From an uncultured Verrucomicrobiae bacterium (GTDB lineage Bacteria; Verrucomicrobiota; Verrucomicrobiia; Opitutales; JABDGR01), in NCBI GenBank assembly GCA_963765205.1, contig CAVXVB010000009.1, forward strand, positions 928,001 to 992,000: a stretch of 64,000 nucleotides of DNA. Reading direction: 5' to 3'. Shown here piece by piece: positions 10,239-20,722 of this stretch (the first letter of the stretch is position 1; every line of letters begins with the position of its first letter). The notes below the pieces were generated by a model, which saw nothing but the letters and a program-made list of their open reading frames with translations, searched no databases and was not told the origin of the DNA. A program made the translations under genes and the position numbers.

Positions 10239-12869
10239 ATGCACCGCTCGACCTCTCTTTTTGCCCTCCTTATCACGCTGCTCGCTGCAGCCCTGCCCGC
10301 TTATTTGAGCGCCCAACCCATCGTCACCGGCCTGCCGACGGACAAGTCCGCGTTCATTGGCACGGCCAACGCCACCGTCACCTTTGATGTCGTTGCCGTC
10401 TCTGCGGACAACGGGACGCTCTCTTACCAATGGGGCATCGTGACGGGGAACGGCAATTTTACCACCGTGACCAATAGTTCGACCTACAGCGGCGTCTTGA
10501 CGCCCAATCTGACCGTCAACAACACCGACCTGACGCTGAACAATGGCGGCACCGGCACCAAATACAAATGCGAAATCACCGAGGGCAACACGACGTTTAC
10601 CACTTTCGGCGCCATCCTGAACGTCTATAACGCGCCGACGGTGGTGCCCACCTTAACCATTTCCGGCAACGGGGTGACCTCCAACACGGTGCTGGCCAAC
10701 AGCACGGCCAACATTGTCCTGACCATCGGCAACTTGAATACCACCTCCAACGATACCGTGAGCGTGCAACGCTATCTGGACACCAATGGCGATGGCAAAG
10801 TTGAGGCGGGCAAGCCGCTAGTGGAAAAATTTGCCGTCACCAACAACAAAGTCACCGCGTTTGGTAGCGTGACCGACCCCGTCATTCCCGGCGACGATAC
10901 CAACATCAATGGCACGATAAACACCCATATCAATCTCAGCACTTCAAACGAAGTGGGGCAGATTTCGGGTAATTACATCATTAAGATAGGCAGCCCCACC
11001 GGGGAGTTTATTCCCATCACCCAAATCCTGACCGTCACCCAGCCCAACTACGGCCCGAGCGTGAGCGGCCAAGTGACCAGCAATGGCACGGGGGTGCCTT
11101 TTGCCCCAGTGGCGATGTTGCAGCAGACGGACAGCAATGGCGACGAAACATTTATTGCCGGCACCGTGGCCAACGCCACGGGTAATTTCACCCTCAATGC
11201 ACCCCTAGGCAGCAACTACGCCCTTTTGGGGTTTGCTGCGGGCTATGTTTCGCCGTTTTCGTTGGCGCCGAGCTTCGACCTCACCAGCAACACAAATCTC
11301 AGCGGGAAAAATATCGGCGTGTCGCCCGCCACCTGCATGATCACGGGCAAGGTGCTGGACTCCGTCACGTCCAATCCCATCTCCAGCGTGCAATTTTTTG
11401 CGCAGGGCAATTCGACGCAAAGCATCGCGACCTCTCTCTCGAACAACAATGGCGAGTTCGTCATCCCGGTGGTTGCAGACACTTGGGATATAGACTTTTC
11501 CGATTACAGCCTCCCCCCCTTGGGCTACCTTAGGCCGCAAAACAAACCCTCCGCCACCACCACGGCCGAGACCGATTCCGAGAATAACGGAGGTAATAAC
11601 AACACCGCGAACGCCGGGATCACCAACATCACCGTGTCCCTGCTGGCGGTCAATGCGCTCATTTATGGCACCGTCACCAATAACGGCAGCCCCTTGGCCA
11701 ACGTGCTGCTGGACGGCAGTGACTCGAATAACAACCAGGCGACGGCCACCACCAACGCGAGTGGCTACTACTACATGGGCGTCAACGGCCCGACCGGCGG
11801 CTCGGGCGACAATTGGAACGTCAGCGCGGACAGTAAAAATCCCACCCTCAACGGCCTGGTGCCGTTCTCCGGCAACAATTTCACGGTGAATAACAACACC
11901 GCGCAGGAAGCGAACTTCACCACCCAGACCGTCACGGCCTACATCAATGGCACGGTGATCGACCTCAGCAATAGCACGGCGCTGGGCAACCTGCCCATTC
12001 AAGCCGAATTAAACAACAATAGTGGCAACTTTGTCCAGGTGCAGACCACCACGGATGACAGTGGCAACTTTAGCTTCGGTGTCTTTGGCGGCAGTTGGAA
12101 CATCCAACTTGATTACGGCAGTGGCAATGACACCCAGAATGCGACGCTCTCCAATCTCGTCAGTGAAAGTTTGAATGAAAACGTCACCAACGGCACGAAC
12201 ATCACCGTCACGCCCTACTTTGCGGTGCTCAATGCGACCAACACCATCACCGGCAACGTGCTGGACGGCAACGGCGCTCCAGTCTCCAACACCAACATTA
12301 ACGCCCAGACCACCAACAACACCACCATCGGCGGCCTCAGTTACACTTCTTACGCCAACACTAATTCCAACGGGACTTACTCTTTGCCGGTGGTCAACGG
12401 CACTTGGAATGTTTTCCCGGGAACGCAGATTTATCCAACGGTGATGATCACCGTCAACGGCTCTTCGGCGAACCCGATCATCCAAAACTTCGCGCCTTCG
12501 CCCTTCCTCGTTTGGGTGCAGAACAACTTTGGGAGCAACCAGTTGGGCGACCCCAACACGGCCACCGAAACCCCGGTGGGCGACGGCATCCCAAATTTGG
12601 TCAAATACGCCTTTAACCTCAACCCGACCACGAACCAGCAGCAAAACCTGCCGCAGGCCACTTTGTCCGGCGGAGCCTTGCACCTGGTCTTTGACAAAAC
12701 CGCCAGTGACATCACCTACACGGTCCAATCCAGCACGGACTTGGTCACTTGGACCACGACGGACCCGAGCCTGCTCGTCGAAGACTGCGGCGAGCAAGTC
12801 ACCGCCACTTACACCCTGACTGGCCACCCGATTGCGTTTTTGCGCATTTTGATCACGTTGAATAACTAA
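10239..12869 (+). CDS. Large secreted Asn/Thr-rich beta-sandwich protein (Ig-like and carboxypeptidase-regulatory-like repeats)
   Basis: Signal peptide MHRSTSLFALLITLLAAALPAYLSAQ; repeated ITG.V.D/N...G.Y/F...W units; C-terminal module GDGIPNLVKYAFNLNP...YTVQSSTDLVTW...FLRI. Confidence 0.75.
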   Translation: MHRSTSLFALLITLLAAALPAYLSAQPIVTGLPTDKSAFIGTANATVTFDVVAVSADNGTLSYQWGIVTGNGNFTTVTNSSTYSGVLTPNLTVNNTDLTLNNGGTGTKYKCEITEGNTTFTTFGAILNVYNAPTVVPTLTISGNGVTSNTVLANSTANIVLTIGNLNTTSNDTVSVQRYLDTNGDGKVEAGKPLVEKFAVTNNKVTAFGSVTDPVIPGDDTNINGTINTHINLSTSNEVGQISGNYIIKIGSPTGEFIPITQILTVTQPNYGPSVSGQVTSNGTGVPFAPVAMLQQTDSNGDETFIAGTVANATGNFTLNAPLGSNYALLGFAAGYVSPFSLAPSFDLTSNTNLSGKNIGVSPATCMITGKVLDSVTSNPISSVQFFAQGNSTQSIATSLSNNNGEFVIPVVADTWDIDFSDYSLPPLGYLRPQNKPSATTTAETDSENNGGNNNTANAGITNITVSLLAVNALIYGTVTNNGSPLANVLLDGSDSNNNQATATTNASGYYYMGVNGPTGGSGDNWNVSADSKNPTLNGLVPFSGNNFTVNNNTAQEANFTTQTVTAYINGTVIDLSNSTALGNLPIQAELNNNSGNFVQVQTTTDDSGNFSFGVFGGSWNIQLDYGSGNDTQNATLSNLVSESLNENVTNGTNITVTPYFAVLNATNTITGNVLDGNGAPVSNTNINAQTTNNTTIGGLSYTSYANTNSNGTYSLPVVNGTWNVFPGTQIYPTVMITVNGSSANPIIQNFAPSPFLVWVQNNFGSNQLGDPNTATETPVGDGIPNLVKYAFNLNPTTNQQQNLPQATLSGGALHLVFDKTASDITYTVQSSTDLVTWTTTDPSLLVEDCGEQVTATYTLTGHPIAFLRILITLNN

Positions 12870-12881
12870 CCCTCGTTGCGG

Positions 12882-13604
12882 ATGCCCGGCCTTGAATTGG
12901 ATTGCGCGCGCGTGCGGGCGGTGACGTTTGACGCCGGCGGCACCTTGCTCACGCCGCAGCCGGGCGTCGGCGAGGTTTATGCGGAAATCCTCGCGCGCTC
13001 GGACATTGCCATTACGCCGGGTCTGCTCAACCAACGTTTCCGCGCGGCATTCAAGGAACTGACCTTCACACGGCCGCGTTCCGTGGTGAATGAAGCGACC
13101 GAAGGCGCGTTCTGGCACGAAGTCGTGCGCCGCAGCGTGACACCGGAATGCCCCGAAAATTTGGTTGCGCGAGTCTTTGCGGAATTGTGGGAGGAATTCG
13201 CCGCGGCGCGGCGCTGGCGCGTGCTGGCCGGAGTTGAAGAAATGCTGGTGGCGCTGTCTGCGCGAAAGAATCTCCGCCTCGCCGTGCTTTCGAACTGGGA
13301 TGCGCGCCTGCACCGCGTGCTGGGCGCGTTTGGGTGGGCGCGCCAATTCGAGCGCGTGTTCATTTCGAGCGAAATCGGCGCGGAGAAACCGGATGTGCGC
13401 GCCTTCCGGGCGGTGGAGTCCGCGCTCAATCTTTCCTCGTCCGCGTGCTTGCACGTCGGCGACAGTTATGCCCATGATTACCGCGCTGCCCAAAACGCCG
13501 GCTGGGAGGCGATCCTGGTGGCCCGCGCCCCGCTGGCCGCTGATTCCCCAATCAACTCGATTGCCAAGCTCGATGAATTGCCGGCCATCTTTCCAAAACC
13601 TTGA
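12882..13604 (+). CDS. HAD-IA family hydrolase
   Basis: FDAGGTL, LSNWD, EKPD, HVGDS...D motifs. Confidence 0.9.
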   Translation: MPGLELDCARVRAVTFDAGGTLLTPQPGVGEVYAEILARSDIAITPGLLNQRFRAAFKELTFTRPRSVVNEATEGAFWHEVVRRSVTPECPENLVARVFAELWEEFAAARRWRVLAGVEEMLVALSARKNLRLAVLSNWDARLHRVLGAFGWARQFERVFISSEIGAEKPDVRAFRAVESALNLSSSACLHVGDSYAHDYRAAQNAGWEAILVARAPLAADSPINSIAKLDELPAIFPKP

Positions 13605-13614
13605 TTCCCGCCGG

Positions 13615-13656
13615 TTTCAGTTTCATAACTCCGCACTTCACACTCCACACTTCACC
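13615..13656. repeat. Heptamer tandem repeat (CACTTCA-like)
   Basis: tttcata-actccgc-acttcac-actccac-acttcac between HAD and the dciA-like gene. Confidence 0.55.
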
Positions 13657-13662
13657 CTTCCC

Positions 13663-14031
13663 GTGGAATACCCCCGCCCGACCAACAACCTCATCGCCAC
13701 GCTGCGCGGCCTGCCCGAGGACCACAGCGTGGCGAAGCTGCGCCCGGCCTTTCCGCTCGGCAACCTGATTGAGGTGCTGGAGCAGAAATATAAAATCGGC
13801 CAGGATAAAATCGAAGACCTCATCGCCAAACACTGGACGCAGCTGGTCGGCGAGCACGCCGCGCACCGCAGTGCCCCCCAGCGCGTGGTCGGCGGCGGCA
13901 TCCTGCTCATCCAGGTCAACAACCCCATGCTGCGGCAGGAACTGCAATTCCAGCAGCATAAAATCCTGGACCGCCTCCACCGGCTGCCCGGCGGCGGCGT
14001 GATCAAGGCATTAAATTTCCGCGCGGGGTGA
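13663..14031 (+). CDS. DUF721/DciA-family protein
   Basis: GTG start; W..LVGE.AA..S.P....G.L.I.V.N...RQEL......IL..L pattern typical of DciA/DUF721. Confidence 0.75.
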   Translation: MEYPRPTNNLIATLRGLPEDHSVAKLRPAFPLGNLIEVLEQKYKIGQDKIEDLIAKHWTQLVGEHAAHRSAPQRVVGGGILLIQVNNPMLRQELQFQQHKILDRLHRLPGGGVIKALNFRAG

Positions 14032-14270
14032 GTTATTCACAAAATCGGCTTGCGTTGGGGCGCGGGAGGTGGTTTATTTAGCCCTTGCGTTAGAGTCGGC
14101 GACCCCAATCTCACCATTGAACGCCGGTTCCGCGGCCCCCGGCCCGGCGCGCCACCCAACCTAAAATTTGGCGCGTCTGGTCCGGCCCAACGGCAGTTTC
14201 GGCGAGGCGCTGGAATTGCGGTTCCGACCGTTCGGATCTCCAGTTGGCCGTGCGAAAGATCCACAAAATC

Positions 14271-14537
14271 ATGCCTGAAGCTGTTAATAAAGAGAACGTC
14301 ATCACCAACTTCCGTATTCACGAGAAGGACACCGGTTCCTGCGAAGTGCAAGTCGCGCTTCTCACCGCCCGCATTGCCCATCTGACCGAGCATTTGCGGG
14401 ACCATCGCAAGGATTTTCACAGCCGCCGCGGCCTTTTGCAAATGACCAGCAAACGCCGCCGGCTGCTGAATTACCTGAAGAAGCACGATCTGGAGAAGTA
14501 TGCCGAGTTGCTCCAGAAACTGAACCTGCGCAAGTAA
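14271..14537 (+). CDS. rpsO: 30S ribosomal protein S15
   Basis: [31 protein letters not shown]. Confidence 0.98.
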   Translation: MPEAVNKENVITNFRIHEKDTGSCEVQVALLTARIAHLTEHLRDHRKDFHSRRGLLQMTSKRRRLLNYLKKHDLEKYAELLQKLNLRK

Positions 14538-14728
14538 CCCCCCGTCCCTCAAAATCGTCCCAGGCCCCGCCTGGTTCTCCCATCGTGCTTGCCGGCTGTC
14601 TGACCCCGGGTGTTTCGGAATAAACCATTCCGACGCCACCGCCTTGCGCGGTGCTGGGCCAGGCCCGCTTGCCCTTTCCATCTGCATCCAAAAAATAACA
14701 CCGCGCGCCCTCTTGCGCGCCCCATCCC

Positions 14729-17149
14729 ATGAAACAACAATACTCCGTCGAGGTCGAAGACCTCGGCATCACCATCGCGTCCGGGAGCATCGCCCGGCAA
14801 GCCAACGGCGCCGTCACCATCGTCAAGGGTGAGACCACCGTCCTCGTCACCGCCACCGTGGCCAATTCGCTGAAGCCCGACCAGGATTGGTTTCCGCTCT
14901 CCGTGGATTACCGCGACAAATTCGCTGCGGCCGGCCGCTTCCCCGGCGGCTACTTCAAGCGCGAAGGCCGCCCGACCGAGAAGGAAATCCTCACCTCGCG
15001 CCTGTGCGACCGCCCCCTGCGCCCGCTGTTCCCGACCGGCTTCATCAACGAAGTCCAGGTCCTCGGCTACCTCCTCTCGACCGACTTGATGAACGAGCCG
15101 GACGTGCTCATGGTCAACGGCGCGTCCGCCGCAGTTTATCTTTCGGACATTCCGTGGAACGGCCCCATCGGCTGCGTGCGCGTCGGCGAAATCAACGGCC
15201 AGTTCGTCGCCAACCCCACCAACGAGGAGCAGTTTGAATCGCGCCTCGATCTCGTCTACGTCGGCAACGAGCGCGACATGATGATGATCGAAGGCAGCGC
15301 GGACCAGATTCCCGAGGCGCGCTTCATCGAAGCCCTCGAATTCGCGCACGCCCAAGTGCAAAAAGTCATCGCCGCGATTAAGAAATTGCACGAAATGGGC
15401 GGCGGCAAGAAAAAGCGCGTATTCAAGCTGCAAACCCCCGATCCGAAGGTGCTCGAGCTTTGCACGCAAATCGCCGGCAGCCGCCTGTCGGCCGCCATGC
15501 ACCAGGACAAGAAGCAGGACCGCGAAACGGCCGTCGGCGTGTTGATTGACGAAGCCAAGAAGACGCTGGAAGGCCAGCTCGGCGCGGCTTACGACAAGAA
15601 CCAGGTGCGCCTGGCCTTCGAAGTCCTCCAGGAAAAAGTTTACCGCGAGAACATCCTCGTTTCCGGCAAACGCGTGGATGGCCGCGGACCGCAAGACTTG
15701 CGCGCGATTTCGTGCAACGTCGGCGTGCTGCCGCGCGTCCATGGCTCGGCGCTGTTTCAGCGCGGCGAGACGCAGGGGCTGGTCATCACCACCCTGGGCA
15801 CGAGCAAGGACGCGCAGGAAATGGACGGCATCACCGGCGGCGCCCGCTCGAAGTCGTTCATCCTGCATTATAACTTCCCGCCGTTCTCGGTGGGTGAAAC
15901 GGGCCGCACCGGCTCGCCGGGGCGCCGCGAAATCGGCCACGGCGCGCTCGCGGAACGTTCCCTGCTGCCCATCATCCCGCCCGAGGACGAATTCCCCTAC
16001 TCCGTGCGCCTGGTGTCCGAAATTATGGAGTCGAACGGCTCGACCTCGATGGCCTCGGTCTGCGGCGGCTGCCTGAGCTTGATGGACGCCGGCGTGCCGA
16101 TTCTCGCCCCCGTGGCGGGCATCTCCGTCGGTCTGGTGTCCCGCGAAAACGGCGGCGTCATCACCGAATATAAAATTCTCACCGACATCATCGGTGCAGA
16201 AGACCACTTCGGCGACATGGACTTCAAAGTTTGCGGCACGCGCGAAGGCATCACGGGCTTCCAGCTCGACTTGAAGATCCACGGCCTGCCGCTGGGCATC
16301 GCCAAGGAAGCCATCGCGCAAAACCGCGAGGCGCGCCTGAAAATCCTCGACATTATGCAGGCGACGCAAAGCGGCCCGCGCACGGAATTGCGCGAGTGCG
16401 CCCCGCGCATCGTGTCGGTCAAGATTGATCCCGAGAAGATCGGGATGCTCATCGGCCCCGGCGGCAAGAACATCAAGCGCATCGTGGAAGTCTCCGGCGC
16501 GCAGATTGACATTGATGACGATAATTCGGGCCGCGTGAACATCTTCTCCAACAGCAAAGAGTCCCTGGAACGCGCGAAGGCCGAAATTGACGCGATGACG
16601 GCCGAAATTGAATTGGGCAAGACCTACAAGGGCATCGTCCGTTCGATCAAGGAATTCGGCGCGTTCGTCGAATGTCTGCCGGGCAAAGAGGGCCTTGTCC
16701 ACGTTTCCGAAATGGCCGACTTCCGCGTCAACCGCGTGGAAGACGTGTGCAAGCTCGGCGACGAGATGCTGGTCAAGTGCATCGGCATTGACGACAAGGG
16801 CAAGTGCCGCCTCTCGCGGCGCGCGGCGATTATGGAGCAGCAAGGCCTGCCCTATACCCCGACCGAAAAACCGCCCTCCCGCGACCGTGGTGACCGTTTT
16901 GAGCGCGGCGGCGACCGCGGCGGACGGGGCGGCGACCGCTTTGGCCCGCCCCGGCGTGGTGATCACGGAGACCGTGGTGATCGTGGTGGACGCGGTGGCG
17001 ACCGCTTTGAGCGCGGCGGCGACCGCGGCCCGGATCGCGGCCCCGACCGGGGTCCGGACCGCCCGCGCGACCAGGGCAACGACCGTGGCGGCCTGAGTGG
17101 TGGGCATGATCAGGCGCCCGAACCGATGCCGGCCGACAGTGGCCAATAA
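14729..17149 (+). CDS. pnp: Polyribonucleotide nucleotidyltransferase
   Basis: [47 protein letters not shown] and S1 domains; follows rpsO. Confidence 0.98.
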   Translation: MKQQYSVEVEDLGITIASGSIARQANGAVTIVKGETTVLVTATVANSLKPDQDWFPLSVDYRDKFAAAGRFPGGYFKREGRPTEKEILTSRLCDRPLRPLFPTGFINEVQVLGYLLSTDLMNEPDVLMVNGASAAVYLSDIPWNGPIGCVRVGEINGQFVANPTNEEQFESRLDLVYVGNERDMMMIEGSADQIPEARFIEALEFAHAQVQKVIAAIKKLHEMGGGKKKRVFKLQTPDPKVLELCTQIAGSRLSAAMHQDKKQDRETAVGVLIDEAKKTLEGQLGAAYDKNQVRLAFEVLQEKVYRENILVSGKRVDGRGPQDLRAISCNVGVLPRVHGSALFQRGETQGLVITTLGTSKDAQEMDGITGGARSKSFILHYNFPPFSVGETGRTGSPGRREIGHGALAERSLLPIIPPEDEFPYSVRLVSEIMESNGSTSMASVCGGCLSLMDAGVPILAPVAGISVGLVSRENGGVITEYKILTDIIGAEDHFGDMDFKVCGTREGITGFQLDLKIHGLPLGIAKEAIAQNREARLKILDIMQATQSGPRTELRECAPRIVSVKIDPEKIGMLIGPGGKNIKRIVEVSGAQIDIDDDNSGRVNIFSNSKESLERAKAEIDAMTAEIELGKTYKGIVRSIKEFGAFVECLPGKEGLVHVSEMADFRVNRVEDVCKLGDEMLVKCIGIDDKGKCRLSRRAAIMEQQGLPYTPTEKPPSRDRGDRFERGGDRGGRGGDRFGPPRRGDHGDRGDRGGRGGDRFERGGDRGPDRGPDRGPDRPRDQGNDRGGLSGGHDQAPEPMPADSGQ

Positions 17150-17171
17150 ACCCGCGCATGGGCGCGACGAC

Positions 17172-17204
17172 AAACACCCCCGGATTTCCGGGGGTGTTTT
17201 TTTT
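17172..17204 (+). terminator. Intrinsic terminator after pnp
   Basis: aaacacccccgga-tt-tccgggggtgttt followed by a T run. Confidence 0.9.
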
Positions 17205-17277
17205 GCGCTACTTTCCCTAATCGAGCGGAAATCTGTAGTATTCCCAAGTTCAGCGGCGTCATTACTATAAAACCATC

Positions 17278-20200
17278 ATGGATGACCGCGAATTGTTGCA
17301 GGAATACGTCGAGCGCCAAGCGGAGCCGGCCTTCGCCGAATTGGTGGCCCGGCACTTGCCCATTGTCCTTGGCACAGCGCAGCGGCTGGTGCGCGAGCCG
17401 CAAGCGGCGGAGGACGTGGCCCAGACCGTGTTTATCCAGTTGGCTCGCAAGGCGTGGACCATCCGCCAAGGCCAGTCCCTCTCCGGCTGGCTTTACCGCG
17501 CCACCCAACACGCCGCGCTGGATGCTCTGCGCAAAGAGCACCGGCGGCAACAACGCGAAACCAGCGCCATGAAATTCGCCGAAACCCAAAATGCCCCCGA
17601 CCCTGCCTGGGAAGAGTTCGCCCCCCTGGTGGACGAAGCCATGCGGCAGCTCAAGCGCGGCGAACAGGACGCGCTGCTGTTGCGCTTTTTTGAAGACAAG
17701 ACCTACGGCGAAGTGGGCCGCATTCTCGGACTCGATGAACGAACCGCGTGCCAGCGCGTGAACCGCGCCCTGGAAAAAATGCGCGGGCACCTTGCCCGCC
17801 GGGGCGTGACCACGACCGCCACGTTGCTGGCCTCCGCTATAACCGCCCATGCTGCGGTGCCTTTGTCCACCGGGATGGCTGCGCAGGTTGCGGGAACATC
17901 ACTCGCCGGCGCAGGCACGGGAGCGTTTTCGGCCTCGGTTGTAAAAACTTTTTTCTATATGACCACCAAAACCAAAATCGCCCTGGCTGCTGCCGTCTTC
18001 ATTGCGGCGGCGACAGTCTCCACCCTTACGCAACAGCGGGAAATCAGCCGCCTGCGCACGGAGTTGGCGGCCAAAAGCGCCCGGCCGGCCGCCCCACCCC
18101 GCACGGGTCAGATCAAGGCGAACGGATTACCCCACAACCTGCCGTGGGATCCGCACGGTCCGCTCGCGGATATTCTTAAAAAATATAAAGGCGCGGACCG
18201 CGTCGCCGCGATTCTCAAGCTGGTGGATGAAACCGCCGTTCCGGATTTGGCCCACTTGATGGATGAAGCCGCCGCCTGCCCGGAATTCGATATCGGTTTG
18301 AATGTATACAGTCTGGCGAACTCTAAATGGGCGCACTCCGATCCGGACGGTGCGCTCAGCTACGCTTATGCGACCGCGAAGAAACCAGGGTTTCTCCCGG
18401 GAGCAACGGCGCTCAGCCCCGTGTTCACCACCTGGGCGGCGGACGACCCGCCGGGCGCCCTTGCCGCCGCGGCCAAATTGGACCGGACTTCGTTTCGGGC
18501 CGCCGCCGTTGGCCAAGTCCTCTCCATCTGGGCCCAAGGCGACCATCCGCTGGATGCTGTAAATGCGGCCAAAAGCATGCCCAAAGGCCTGCTCAAAACC
18601 GATCCGCTATTAACGGTTTTTCAGGCGTGGGCGGAAATGGACCCAGCCGCTGCCTTGGCCAATTTGAGCCTGATTGACAGCGCCAGCACCCGCCGATCAG
18701 TGCAAAGCTCCATCATCACCACCATCGCCGACAGCGACCCCAAGCAAGCGCTCGACATTTTGCACAGCCTGCCCGTGGGCCAGCAAAACACCCAGCTCTA
18801 TGCCAGCGTTTTCAAATCATGGGCCGAGCTGGACCCGGTGGCAGCACTGGCGACGCTGCAAAGCCTGCCGCCGGGGGCCGTGCGCAACGCGGCAACTCAA
18901 AGCGTTTATAGCGGCTGGGCGGAACTGGACCCCGCCGCTGCGCTCCAGGCCATCCAATCCCTGCCGCCAGGCCAGGCGCGCAACCTCGCCCAACAATCCG
19001 TCTTGAATGAATTGGTTCAGCAAGACCCGGAGGCCGCCGCCCAATATCTTGCCACACTGCCGCCAGGCAGCTACCGCAACAATCTCATCATCTCCACGAT
19101 CAAGACTTGGAGCGACACCGACCCCGCCGCCGCGCTCGCCTGGCTCAGCGCCAATGCCAAAGGCGCGGCCTACACTAATAGCATTGCGGGGGTTTTGACC
19201 AATTTAAGCGCCAGCGACCCGGCGGCGGCGCTGGCCTATGTCGCGCAGTTGCCGGAAAGTGCCCAACGCGAAACCGACTATGGAACCGTCCTCGGCCAGT
19301 ATGCCAAAGACGACCCGACCGCCGCCTTCAACTGGCTGAACACCAATCTGACCGACAACGACCATGATACCGCTTTGGCGAGCGCCGTCAGCCAACTGGC
19401 CAAGGTTGATCCCGACACAGCGGCGGCCGATTACCTCCAAATGCCCGCCGGCGGCCCGCGCGACAGCATCACCGGGGCCATTGCGGACTCACTCGCCGCC
19501 CAAGACACCCAGGCGGCCCTCACCTGGGTGCAAAATCTGCCCGCCGACACGGCTGACAGCGTCCGCAGCCAAGCCATGAAAAGCGTCATCACCGCCTGGA
19601 AAAATGTGGACCCGGTTGCAGCGGCCAATTATGTGCAAAATCTCGCGACCGACCCGACTCTGGCCGGGCCGATTGGCGGGGTCGCTTATGCGTATGCAGG
19701 GGTTGATGGACCTGGCGCGTTGGCCTGGGCGCAGGCGCTGCCGGCCGGCCCCACGCAGGACAACGCCGTGCGCAGTTCGATTACCGGGCTGGCCCAGACG
19801 GATCCGCAAACGGCGTGGCAGGAAGCCAGTGTCATTCTCCAACAGCAAGGCACGATTAACGCCAACACCGCGATCAATGGCCCCACGCTCCGGCAAGTCA
19901 TCACCGCCTGGGCCGAAACCGACCCGGCCGGCGCGGCCCAAGCGGCGCTCAACCTGACCACGGCGGGCACCCGGGTAAACTCCATTACCGCGGTGGCCAC
20001 CACTTGGGCGCAACAGGATCCCGACGGCCTCAACACTTGGATGCAAACCTTGCCCCAGGGAGCGGAACGCGATGCCGCCGTGGCGCAATACGTCATGACC
20101 CAAGCCTCTAGCGATCCCGCCGCCGCGTATAGGCTGGCCACAGGTATCGGCGACGACATCAGCCGCTACAACCAAATCGTCATCAGCCTCACCGCTTGGG

Positions 20201-20295
20201 CGAAGAAAGACCCGACCGCCGCCCAAGCCGCCCTGGCCACCGCTCCGATCACGCCGGCCCAGCAAAAGACCATCGCCAATGTCATTAAAAAGTAA
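17278..20295 (+). CDS. ECF sigma-70 factor with transmembrane segment and long C-terminal helical-repeat extension
   Basis: Region 2 (AFAELVARH, AEDVAQTVF, LSGWLYR) and region 4 (LLLRFFEDKTYGEVG..LG...RVNRALEKMR); hydrophobic IALAAAVFIAAATV; about 20 W/LAxxDPxAA repeats. Confidence 0.9.
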   Translation: MDDRELLQEYVERQAEPAFAELVARHLPIVLGTAQRLVREPQAAEDVAQTVFIQLARKAWTIRQGQSLSGWLYRATQHAALDALRKEHRRQQRETSAMKFAETQNAPDPAWEEFAPLVDEAMRQLKRGEQDALLLRFFEDKTYGEVGRILGLDERTACQRVNRALEKMRGHLARRGVTTTATLLASAITAHAAVPLSTGMAAQVAGTSLAGAGTGAFSASVVKTFFYMTTKTKIALAAAVFIAAATVSTLTQQREISRLRTELAAKSARPAAPPRTGQIKANGLPHNLPWDPHGPLADILKKYKGADRVAAILKLVDETAVPDLAHLMDEAAACPEFDIGLNVYSLANSKWAHSDPDGALSYAYATAKKPGFLPGATALSPVFTTWAADDPPGALAAAAKLDRTSFRAAAVGQVLSIWAQGDHPLDAVNAAKSMPKGLLKTDPLLTVFQAWAEMDPAAALANLSLIDSASTRRSVQSSIITTIADSDPKQALDILHSLPVGQQNTQLYASVFKSWAELDPVAALATLQSLPPGAVRNAATQSVYSGWAELDPAAALQAIQSLPPGQARNLAQQSVLNELVQQDPEAAAQYLATLPPGSYRNNLIISTIKTWSDTDPAAALAWLSANAKGAAYTNSIAGVLTNLSASDPAAALAYVAQLPESAQRETDYGTVLGQYAKDDPTAAFNWLNTNLTDNDHDTALASAVSQLAKVDPDTAAADYLQMPAGGPRDSITGAIADSLAAQDTQAALTWVQNLPADTADSVRSQAMKSVITAWKNVDPVAAANYVQNLATDPTLAGPIGGVAYAYAGVDGPGALAWAQALPAGPTQDNAVRSSITGLAQTDPQTAWQEASVILQQQGTINANTAINGPTLRQVITAWAETDPAGAAQAALNLTTAGTRVNSITAVATTWAQQDPDGLNTWMQTLPQGAERDAAVAQYVMTQASSDPAAAYRLATGIGDDISRYNQIVISLTAWAKKDPTAAQAALATAPITPAQQKTIANVIKK

Positions 20296-20459
20296 GGCGA
20301 TATTCGGCCGTGCGGGAAAGCAATCACTTGCGGAGTTCGGACATTCTGGGCTTACGCTGTCGCAGCGAACGCTCAACTTTTAACGTTTTACGTTCAAATA
20401 TGAAAATGATTTCCGCGGGATGAAGCCATTTAAACGGAAACTGCAAACACCATTACACT

Positions 20460-20494
20460 AACGCCTCCGGATTCTGGCCGGGGGCGTTTTTTTT
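20460..20494 (+). terminator. Intrinsic terminator
   Basis: aacgcctccgg-attctgg-ccgggggcgtt plus T tract. Confidence 0.8.
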
Positions 20495-20722
20495 GCGCCC
20501 GGCACCCAACTCCTGGTGGTCGCAAAGCGTTTGCCAAATCGGTTGAATTATGGAATTGGCTGGAATCCCGATTAGATGATAATGCCACTTCTCCATCGCT
20601 TGTGGACTGGATGGACGGTAGGGAATGGCCTCGGCGGAAGTCCAAAAGCGTGATGGAATTGGTCTTACTCTGTTCCACCCCACCCCTACCCCAATCCCGC
20701 AATGCCTTGCGGCACTCCCCCC

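Noticed and set aside
14033..14041. DnaA-box-like TTATTCACA after the dciA-like gene
   Set aside because: Single copy with no origin context; expected by chance.
14549..17173. Long antisense ORFs (874 aa opposite pnp; similar ones opposite pilB, fbaB and mdtC)
   Set aside because: Shadow frames expected from high-GC codon bias; no motifs.
20420..20461. 13-aa ORF MKPFKRKLQTPLH abutting a terminator (possible attenuator)
   Set aside because: No regulatory codon run or clear antiterminator; the terminator is explained by the upstream ECF gene.
20522..20534. gcaaagcgtttgc, a LacI-like operator upstream of the GH53 gene
   Set aside because: Short, imperfect and single; no cognate LacI regulator with an HTH nearby.
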